Below are positions 53,826-64,000 of a stretch of 64,000 nt of DNA, piece by piece (the stretch's first letter is position 1; each line of letters opens with the position of its first letter). The DNA comes from Flaccisagitta enflata. Its lineage: Eukaryota. The stretch covers positions 17,050,001 to 17,114,000 of the forward strand of contig OZ231126.1 in NCBI GenBank assembly GCA_965153355.1. The letters are read 5' to 3'. The notes beneath the pieces were generated by a model. The model made no database searches and had not been told where the DNA came from. It saw only the letters and a list, made by a program, of their open reading frames with translations. Both the position numbers and the translations under genes were made by a program.

Positions 53826-54442
53826 GTGAGAACAGAACCTGACCCTTATTATCAAGGCCATTGCATTTCGGCAAGATGTTTTTGGTGACTGTACGTTAGC
53901 AAACCGTTTTTAGTTAGCGTGCACGTGTCTCGCTTTGTCCATCCGTCCGTCGGTCGGTCTGTCGATCTGTCCGTCACACTTTTACTTTTCTACCCATCTC
54001 TTCTATTCCTGAATCCTTTCATCTCCTTATCCTCCCTGCCCCTTTCACCTGACCCTTCCATTCCATGCATTTTTTCCTCCTCTTACCTTACTTTTCATCC
54101 ACATTTTCTTCTCTTCCTCCTCATCCTCCCCCGCCTTGCTCCTCTTTCACATTAACCTCTACATCCTTCCACTCCTCCCCTACTATCTACTTACTTTTCC
54201 TCGTTCTTCTACCTTCCTTCTCTTTACGTCTCCCTCCTTCCACTCCTCCCACCTGCGTTCTGACCACCTTCTTATCACCTTCTTTTCCTTTATTCTACTC
54301 ATCTTTCCCACCCCCCACCTTTCTCACCACCTGTTTTTTTTCTCCCCATCCCCTCCTTCTCCCACTCCGTCTCCCTCCTTCCATTGCCTCACCATTCTTT
54401 GCCCTCTCCCTTTCCTCCTTCTTTCCTTTCTGGCTTTTCCAG

Positions 54443-54626
54443 AGCGATACATCGCCATTTGCCACCCGATGAAAGCGCAAACATTGTGCACTGTGGGTCG
54501 CGCGAAAAAGATCATCATTTCTTTGTGGATCGTCGCGACTTTATATTGTTTGCCGTGGTTCTATTTAGCCAAAGCCGGCAAAAAGACCGGAATTGACGGC
54601 ATTGAGCGAATCACGTGCGGATTCAG
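54443..54626 (+). CDS. TRHR: TRH-receptor-like GPCR, coding exon 5 (ERY, ICL2, TM4, ECL2); gene continues downstream
   Basis: ttccAG| acceptor; ERYIAICHPMKAQTLCTVGRAKKIIISLWIVATLYCLPW...ITCGF, close to TRHR ERYIAICHPxKAQxxCTxSRAKKII; donor AG|GTGATG, phase 2; spliced total 878 nt without stops. Confidence 0.95.
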
Positions 54627-56140
54627 GTGATGGCGGAAAAATAACAGTCTTAAGAGACTTTTTGACCCTCTTTGAAATGACGATTCGTGGCCTTTGTTTC
54701 AGTGTTTTTGGGCAGCGTTCGTTCGTTCGTTCGTTCGTTCGTTCGTTCGTTCGTTCGTTCGTTCGTTCGTTCGTTCGTCTTTAGTTATTTTTAGGTGCGC
54801 CATAGCACCTCTATAACTAGCTCTGTGTGCTAGTTGGTCGGTCTGTCACGCTCGAGTTAAAAATCTCGAAAAGAAGCAAAAACCACTGGAAATGATTCAG
54901 AAATAGGCTAGGATGATTTCCAGATGCGCTATAGCGCCGGTCTGATAGAGCTAGGGATAGGTCTGACGGAGCTAGGGATAGGTCTAAGAAGTAATTACGC
55001 CAGGCGCACCGTCTAGTCTAAATTGAGGTCCTAAGAAGGCTGATTTAAGGCCTGAGTGCCAGGTGGAAGCTTGAGAGGGCTGACTTGAGGCAGGAGAAGA
55101 GCTGGATTAAGGCTTGAAAGGCCAGAGGACTGATTTGAAGCCTGGGAGCAATAAATTGGGTTTAGATGGCTGATTTGAGGCTTGAGAGGCCTAATTTGAG
55201 GCATAAGAGGCCAAGTTTGAGGCCTGAGAATTTGGATTTGAGGCCTGAGAAGCTAGATTTGAGGCCTGAGAGGCCAGATTTGAGGCCGGAGAGGCCAGAT
55301 TTGAGGCCTGGGAGGCTGGATTTGAGACCTGAGAGGCTGGATTTTAGGCCTGAGAGGCCAGATTTGGGGTCTGAGGGGGCTGATGAAGGGGGGGGGACTA
55401 ACGAATGGACGAACGAACGAACGGACGGACGGACAAACGAAAGTCCCCCTGTGTTCTACAGGACTTCGTCCCCTTCGGGGCCACTGCCCAAAAAGAACAC
55501 TCATTCAGATATCCATACCTCGTCACAAAGCACAGTCTTTTTTTAAGCCATTGCCCCAAAATACAGAAATTTCCCCGATGGATCCTTATGGAATAAAAGT
55601 AACAAAAGACAGGCACAACTTCTAATACAGATGTTGAGAGCTTGTCACAAAGCACAAAGTCCTTTTTTAGGCTGTTGCCCAATAGTACTAAAACTTCCTC
55701 GATGGAATACGAAGAAATAAAAGAAATAGAAGAGGGACACGACTTCTCATAGAGATGTCGATACAGTGGGGTTTGTGGAAAAACAGCCTAAACTGAAGGC
55801 AGGTTTTTAAGTTTCTTAATTTCATTTGAGAAACTTGATTTTTGAAATATAAGTTGTTCCATTGATGCTTGTGTCCCTGAGTTTTTTTGAAAAGTGGGAA
55901 AATGCGCATTTCCGCCCCTGCCCACCCGTCCGCAACTGGTGGCTGTGTATCCGGCCTTGTTAAAATTTTGACGTCTTAAGGTAATTTAAGGTAATTTAAG
56001 GTACTTTATGGTATTTTAGGGTATTTTAGGGTACTTTAATTACTCTAGGTACTTATGGTGCATTAGGGTAATTTTGGGTATTTTCGGGCATTTTTAGGTA
56101 TTTTTGAGTATTTTTGGTAATTATCGGGTGTTTTTGGGTA

Positions 56141-56901
56141 CAGTGGGAACCCGATTTAACGACCTTGAAGGGACCAGAGATTTTTGGTCGTTAAATCCGA
56201 ATGTTGTTAAATCAAATTTATAATTTTCTTTCATTGATCTTAACTGCTTCATGAGCAATAAAGGCTAGCATCGGTGCCAAATTGTGTAAATAGTAAACAG
56301 ACATAAAGACAGTCAGGGCAAAAGACAAAAAGTTTAACAGACAGATAGACAGAAAGACAGACAAACAAAAACAGCAGATACATTTAGCCTTGTAACGACT
56401 CACAATGTCATGTAAAAGTTAAGTATAAGAGAACATAAATCACTTGTGGGATAAAAAATATTATTAAAAAATAACTGATTTTGATTCAAATTTTTTTCTA
56501 AAAAAAACTATCTGACTGATCATATTTCATTCTTTTTGTTCATAATTTTTTTCATTCTTTAGCTGCTATCTTGTTTTCTTTTTTGTCTTAGTCTTAGTTT
56601 ATGTTAAAATATTCTTAGTTTGTGTTAAAAATTTTTTTCTATAGTTTTATGATACATTATAGTTTCAATGAAAATTCAAACACATAACTAAACTGAAATG
56701 TCAATGTCACTAAATCAGGAAAAAAATTGCTAAGGGACCTGAAAAAAGCGACTTTAAATCAGGTTTGGCTGTTATATCAGGTGTCATTAAATCAGGTAAA
56801 ATTAACATTACAAAAGCCTGTAAAAATTTGGGACCAAAGAAACCTGGATGTTAAATCCGAAATGTCGTTAAATCAGGTGACGAAAAGGCGGTAGTCCACT
56901 G
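56141..56901. mobile_element. TA-flanked MITE (CAGTGG termini)
   Basis: taCAGTGGGAACCCG ... CGGTAGTCCACTGta; repeated GTTAAATCCG/AG subterminal motifs near both ends. Confidence 0.7.
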
Positions 56902-57258
56902 TATTTTGGGTATGATATTGAATCGTATCATTTCGATATTGTATGGATAGCATATCAATATTGTATTGATATTGTTTCAATACATATCGCGCGGCCTTGG
57001 AGAGGAAGAAGGACATTTTTTAACATTTTTTAACATTTTTAGAAATCTTTTAACATTTTTTTCAAAGGCACCCAAGTTTGTCATTTCCAGACGCACGCGA
57101 CTGTTGCCCTCTTGGGCTTGTTTTCCCGAAACGTTGTCACATGATTCTCTCATCTTATTGATCAAAGCAGGAGAAAGACAGAAGAAGGTGGACACAGAAA
57201 CTAATTCCTTTCCATTGAGAAGAGAAAAAGGTAATAAAATCGCGCAACCTTTCGGTAC

Positions 57259-57504
<246 letters not shown>

Positions 57505-58587
57505 AGTCGCAAAAGCGTTAGATGGTCAGCGGTACCCGTGCCCTGCTTAAGTAGGTTGTGGTTGAAGTTGAGGGGGGAGCAGGGCAGCGGCCCCGAAGGG
57601 GTCGATGACCTCTGCTTTCACACATATGGGGGATTTTCTCGGCTTTTCTTCTTCTCCTCCTTCTCCTCCGCACCCCCCTCCCCCCAGCCTTGAGGCCCAT
57701 ATCTCAGCCTCAAGGCCCATATCACAAAGTAATTAACAAATGTCATAAGTTTTGAAAGAGGGTGAATTTAAATCATTTTTTTTGCGTTTTTTTTTTGTTC
57801 TTTACCAAAAGTATATATAATTTGAGGAAGGAATGCGCCCTTACTCAAGGAAAAAAGCGTTTATTTTCGTAGTAATATGATATCTAAATTGATAAACCGC
57901 GGTTTTGAAGAGGATTTTTGCGAGCAAAACATGTTTCAGTAAATTCCCTCTGACAGAAAAACTAGAAAGAGTTTTGTAGGTTTGAAGGTACCAAACGAAA
58001 GAGGAAGGAACGGCGAACAAACTAGAGAAAAAAATGAAAAAAAAATCGTTTCTTTCTACTAATTTGAAGCCACATTAGTTACACTTCGTCCAGTTTTGGA
58101 GCGCTTTTTTAAAAACATTTATATAGTTGGGGTTGAATCCCCTCACCGCGGAATTTCTTACTGATATATATGAAAGATGACCCTGTTCTCTTTCCATCTT
58201 AAAAAATCAAGTTCCGCGGAGGATTCAAGGTGTTTTTTAATCTTAAAGACAAACTGTCCACAATGGAATTGGCTTGGGCTTTTTGTATGACATCTGCTAA
58301 AATCTGAACTAGGGCGAGTATTGACACAATTTTTTTTTTCAAGAAAACCATTTAGGACATCATGAACAATCTGGTCTCGTTGGCTATTCACGATTGGTCA
58401 AAATTGAAGTTTTTTTTTGGCCAAATTTGACTTTTTCTGGTGATTACCTATGTTACCACAAGTGATTTAGTGAAAAAATCAATGCGAATTTGTATTCCAA
58501 AAAAAAAGTTGTGAATGATTTTGTAAAAAAACAGAAATTTCCCTTTTTTCCTTTTTCTGTCAAATTTTCTTTCTTTTTTTCATTCTT

Positions 58588-58646
<59 letters not shown>

Positions 58647-58673
58647 TACTTTCTTTCTTTCTTTCTCTTTCTC

Positions 58674-58708
<35 letters not shown>

Positions 58709-58979
58709 ATCTTTTTCTCTTTCTTTTTTTCTCTTTCATTCTTTCTTTCTTTCTCTGTTTTGTTGTGTCTTTCTTTCTTTGTTTCTCTTTCTAGTTGCGG
58801 ACACGCAACTCTATAAGAGGCTTTGTCCGTCCGTCTGTCGACCATCCGTCAGTCCGTCCGTCTGACGGTCGGTTTGTCCATTGGTCCCTAATATATATAA
58901 TGATCGAGTCGAAAAGTGGGAAAACGCGCATTTCCGCCCCTGTCCCCCCGCTGCAACTGGTGGCCGTGTATCCAGCCTT

Positions 58980-59141
58980 GTTCTTTCTTTTTCTTTCTTT
59001 CTTTTTCTCTTTCTTTCTTTTTCTTTTTGTCTTTCTTTCGTTCTTTCTTTCTCTTCACTTTTCTTCTTTATTCTCTGCTTCTATCTTTCTCTGATTGTTT
59101 CTTTCCCTGCTCATTTCTTTTCCTGTTTTATCATTTCTTTT

Positions 59142-59214
<73 letters not shown>

Positions 59215-59660
59215 TTTCTCTCTTCTTTTCTTTCTTTCCATCTTTCCTTCTTTTTCTCTCTTTCTTTCTTCTTTCTCTCTTTCTTTCTTCCTTCTCTCTT
59301 TCTTTCTTTCTTCTCTCTCTCTTTCTTTCCTTCCATCTTTCCTTCTTTTTCTTTCTTTGTCTCTTTCTTTCTTTCTTTGTCTCTTTTTTTTTTCTTCCTT
59401 TCTCTCTCTCTTTCTTTTCATCATTCTTTCTTTCTTTCTTTCTTTCTGTCTTTCTTTCTTTCTTTTTTTCTTTCTTTTTTTCTTTCTTTCTTTCTTTCTT
59501 TTTTTCTTTCTTTCTTTCTTTCTTTCTTTCTTTCCTTCTTCTTTCTTTAGTTCTTGTTTCTCTCTTTCTTTCTTCTTTGTTAAAAGGCAATGAAATTGAA
59601 AATAAAAGAACAACAACATTTGTGGAAGTTCCATTAAATGCTCTGCCTCATTCTCTCTAA

Positions 59661-59696
<36 letters not shown>

Positions 59697-59710
59697 TTTC
59701 TTTCTTTTTT
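58980..59710. repeat. Degenerate (TTTC)n polypyrimidine tract
   Basis: Direct inspection. Confidence 0.9.
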
Positions 59711-61315
59711 TATTTATCTTTTTATATTCTTTTATTTTTCAAACATCTCTTCTTCTTTATCTTTTTAAATTTCTTACGTGGTCTGGGTAGCTTTTTATCA
59801 AGAAATTACCATAGTTTCCTTTTCAGGCAAGGCCAATTATTACTATTGTTTGGACATATTTTAGATTCATAAAATGAAAATCGGAAAAATAAAAACATCG
59901 ATACTATGAAATATATATATAATGGATCTGTTCTTTTGTGAAAAAATACAGAACCCTTTTCCTCATTCTGTCTTAAATTACTCCTTTAAAATGTTTTTTT
60001 CAAAAATTCCTCCTGACACAGCTTTACATAGAAAAAGGTGTAAAAACCATACTTAATTTTGGGCTAGATCAATAAGATTTGGTATGCATACTCTGTTGTG
60101 CATCTTCTAACTACTGTTCAAATCTCATGATGTTACTTCAATGGGAAGATAGATTTTTGCAATTTTGAAGTTGAAGTATCCAAAATTTCTAATTTTATTT
60201 GTCACACAGCCCCCTGATTGTTTTTTTTTATTACGCAAAAATTCTCAAAAACAAAAGGTCACGAAAATTTTTGCATGTACTATTTTAATAAATGAGCAGG
60301 TTTAACTGAAAAAGTGGGGTCGAATTTCTCATATGTAAGGGGAATGGGTCGTGAAAATTCCTGGTGTGTGATCTTTGGCATTAAAATTTGTTGCCTTTTC
60401 CATCATAGGTTTATAAACATTTAGTTTTTTTTCACTGAAACGGCCAAAGAAGCCTTGAATTTTTTTCTTGGTATAAGATTACATGGTTAGGGATGTAGAC
60501 GGTTGTTTCAGCGGGCCAAAAACTGTTGTTTTGATGCCTATAGTAGTACAAAAATGCCACGAATAACAATTGGGTTTACTCAGTTCTCCATGTCTTAGGC
60601 AGTATATCACTTTGTGCGAGGTTTCAAGTTTGAAAGAAGTGTGTAACATTGTAAAAATAGTGTGTCAATATTGCAACTTTATTCAGATTGAGCAATGGAC
60701 ATCAGTGGGAGTATGACCAATAGCAGCATAGCATCTTCCAAGTTTCAGCCAATCACAGCTTCCCCAGGGATCCCTGCTGTTTCCCTCCTATTCAAGTAGG
60801 GTGAAAGCACGCACAAAAGGGCAATCTAGTACTAAATTTGATCATGACAGTTTGTCTTTAAGATTAATAAACACCTTGAATCCCCTCTCCGCGGAACTTG
60901 AACTTTTTATGATGGAAAGAGAACAGGGTCATCTTTCATATATATCAGTAAGAAATTCCGCGGTGAGGGGATTCAACCCCAACCATATAAATGTTTTTAA
61001 AAAAGCGCTCCAAAATCGGACAAACCGCAACTATCGTCGCTTCAAATTAGTAGTAAGAACCGATTTTTTATCATTTTTTTTTCTCTAGTTTGTTCGCCAT
61101 TCCTTCCTCTTTCATTTGGTACCTTAATACCCGCAAAACTCTTTCTAGTTTTTCTGACAGAGGGAATTTACTGAAACAAGTTTTGCTCCCGAAAATCCTC
61201 TTAAAAACTGCGGTTTATCAATTTTGATATCATATTACTATGAAAATAGACGTTTTTTTCCTCGAGTAAGGGCTCATTCCTTCCTCAAATTACATACACT
61301 TTTGGCAATTAACAA

Positions 61316-61481
61316 AACAAGGCCGGATACACGGCCAATACCAGTTGCGGACGGGTGGGCAGGGGCGGAAATGCGTGTTTTCACACTTTCCAACTCGATC
61401 ACCATGACGGACCGACGGACCGACCGACGGACCGACGGACGGACAAAGCCTCTTATAGAGTTGCGTGTCCGCAACTAAAAA
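61316..61481 (-). mobile_element. HINE-like family A copy inserted in one arm of the large inverted repeat
   Basis: Complete copy; the paralogous arm at 57784-57800 lacks it. Confidence 0.9.
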
Positions 61482-62221
61482 ACGCAAAAAAAATTATTTA
61501 AATTCACCCTCTTTCAAAACTTAAGACATTTGTTAATTACAATGTGCTGTCATGATCAAATTTAGTACTAGATTGCTCTTTTGTATATGCTTTTACCCTG
61601 CTTGAACAGCAGAGAAACAGCAGGGAAGCTGTGATTGGCTGAAACTTGGAAGATGGTAAGCTGCCATTAGCCTTACTCCCATTGATCTCCATTGCTCAAT
61701 CTGAAAAAAATTGCAATATTGACACGCTGTTTTTACAATGTTACACACTTTTTTCAAACTTGAAACCTCGCTCAAAGTGATATACTACCCAAATGGTTTT
61801 CTTGAAAGAAAAAAAATTGTGTCCATACTCGCCCTAGTTCAGATTTTAGCAGGTGTCATACAAAAAGCCCAAGCAAATTCCACTGTGCATATCCCAGCCT
61901 CAAGGCCCCAAATCCCAGTCTTGAGGCCAAAATCCCATGAGGCTGGAATTTGGACCTTGGGGGTGGGGATTTGAGCCTCAAGGCTGGGATAACATAGGCC
62001 TCGAGGCTGAGATATGAGCCTCCCGAGGCTGAGATGGGCCTGAGGCTGAGATATGACGCCGAGGCTGGGGGAGGGTGCGTAGAAGAAGGAGGAGAAGAAG
62101 GAGAAAATCCCCATTGTGTGACATAGGTCTCGGCCCTTCAGGGCCGCTGCCCCAGCAGCAACAACAACAGAACAGTTATAACCTGTACAACCACAGCAAC
62201 AACAACAGCAGCAACAACAGC

Positions 62222-62271
<50 letters not shown>

Positions 62272-64000
62272 CCACAACAACGAACTACATGCCTAACTTT
62301 TCCTTCGTCCAAATCATTTCCCAACGAGGAAAAAGCTGATTTCATTAATGCAAAACCTGAAGCAATTTATGCTGGCTTTTAGTTATAATTATATAATTGC
62401 GTGTTGAAAGACACTCCAGGATAAAAAAATTTGAAAAAACGAAACATATATTACTTAAATCAAAACAAAGTGACATCTTTCACCTCCTTTAATTATGTTT
62501 TTTTTATTTGAAAAGCTTAATATGGTGATAATGAAAAATAAATAACATATCTAGAAACGTGAGAGGCTCGCCTTTTATATGACTATAGATTCGACGTTAT
62601 GTTTGTATTATACAAAAATTGTTTATTAAAAATGTAATAACTAAAAAGTGAGAAAAAGCAAAAAATATCATTGAAGAAAGTCCCATTTAGCCGAGCCATA
62701 GGCAATTAATGAACTGAATTATCGACTTTTTTCTCTTGAATCTCATACAACATGCTGTGACAATGATTCAAGCTAAATTTGAGAAATTTACCTCATTTTC
62801 TTGATAATTTATTGCATGAAATATTAAAACCTTAGTTTGGCCAACATCATGTGCTCGCATAAAGCCGCAGATCGAGAATTAACTACCCCTGATACATTAT
62901 TTTCTATCCAAAAATATTATTTTCTATCCAATAGAGGCACCTTTTGGTGGCCGCGCCTACACCTGAGTATTGGAGTTAAAGCGGCGAAACTCACTCTAGG
63001 GTGTAGGTCTCCAACTGATGACCAGAAATTGGATGTTAAAATATTAACTAGTCATCCAAGGATCGCACATGGTCAGCGGTACCCGATGCCCTGCTGGGAG
63101 TGATCCAGTGAAGAAGTGGAGTGAGAGCAGGGCAGCGGCCCCAAAGGGCCGATGTCCTGTAGAACACAGGGGGGAATTTCCATACGTCCTGAGGAGGCAC
63201 ATTTCTGGCAATAGATGACTGATTCAGGCCAAAGAAGGCATATTTGAAGGCTGGAGGGCAGAATTGAGGCTTTGAGAGTGGATTTGAGGTTTGGAGGGCA
63301 AATTTGAGCCACAGAGGGCTGATTTGATGCATGGAGGCCTAGTTGAAGGTCTGGAGGGCAGATCTGAGGTCTGTAGGTCAGATTTGAGGCAGGGGGGGGG
63401 GCTGATTTGAAGGCTAGAAGGCTGATTTGAGGCCTGGAGGGCTAAATTTAGGGCTGGGAGGGCAAATTTGAGGCCTTGATGGCCAACGGGGGGGGGGGGA
63501 CAGACGGATGCACTAAGGGCCATGGATTGCGCTAGATGGCTCCTTGGGTATTTGGGTGAAAATTCTCATCTCTGCTATATGGCTCAAACTAAGTAGAATG
63601 GTCATGGTAGCATTTTAGCATACATTACCGGTCCATATGACAGGTTTTGTGGCAATTTAGAGTGAAAAAAGGCGACCTAAATGGACATCACTACGAAAAA
63701 TGCTAAATTTTAAGAAAAATCAATAAATTTTTTGGATTATCTGTTAAGATGACAAAAAGCTGATGATATCTCCAATATTGGATTGGATTCCTTCATTAAT
63801 GTTCAAATGTCTGGAAAAATTTAAAAGATCATTAATTTTTACATTTTTAGCACTATGAAATTAGTCTACTATTACTACATATTTGACCTAATTTGCATGC
63901 TTTTATTACCCTATAAATATAAAAAATCGCACAAGGACGCACAATGAGCCACCTATGCCAAAATGTAGTTCAAGGGGTCTTGAATCCAGAATGTTATAGC

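Larger units (their letters stand above)
57729..61887. repeat. Large rearranged inverted-repeat (foldback-like) region
   Basis: 57729-58258 mirrored at 60847-61540; 58258-58353 mirrored at ~61790-61887; 60600-60850 mirrored at 61547-61787. Confidence 0.8.

Noticed and set aside
55166..55546. Heptad ORF (LRPERPD)n, also at 6332 and elsewhere
   Set aside because: Translation of the 21-bp internal array of family C elements; not conserved as an ORF among copies
59800..59880. Possible next GPCR exon after tttcAG at ~59826
   Set aside because: All frames hit stops quickly and no TM5 motif; remaining exons probably lie beyond the window

Overview
AT-rich, repeat-saturated animal (metazoan) nuclear DNA with GT-AG introns; the species cannot be determined from sequence alone. 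Most ORFs in the supplied track are artefacts of microsatellites and repeats. The main gene is the 5' half of a spliced TRH-receptor-like class A GPCR on the + strand (5 phase-consistent coding exons, 45413-54626, N-terminus to ECL2; TM5-7 not found in the window). There is also an intronless 227-aa orphan multi-pass membrane ORF (9131-9814, -), a possible small-exon gene on the - strand near 22.5-24.1 kb, an internally deleted Tc1 element with transposase remnant (27456-28053) and a possible non-LTR ORF1 relic. The rest is dominated by (i) many TA-flanked Tc1/mariner-type MITEs/foldbacks and (ii) at least five families of non-autonomous Helentron/DINE-1-like (HINE-type) elements that insert into T-runs and carry interchangeable internal satellite arrays. 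The most interesting signals are in-window empty-site evidence for TSD-free T-run insertion, satellite turnover inside these elements, three-layer nesting, and very long AG-free pyrimidine tracts (one a 57-bp minisatellite) before the GPCR splice acceptors.
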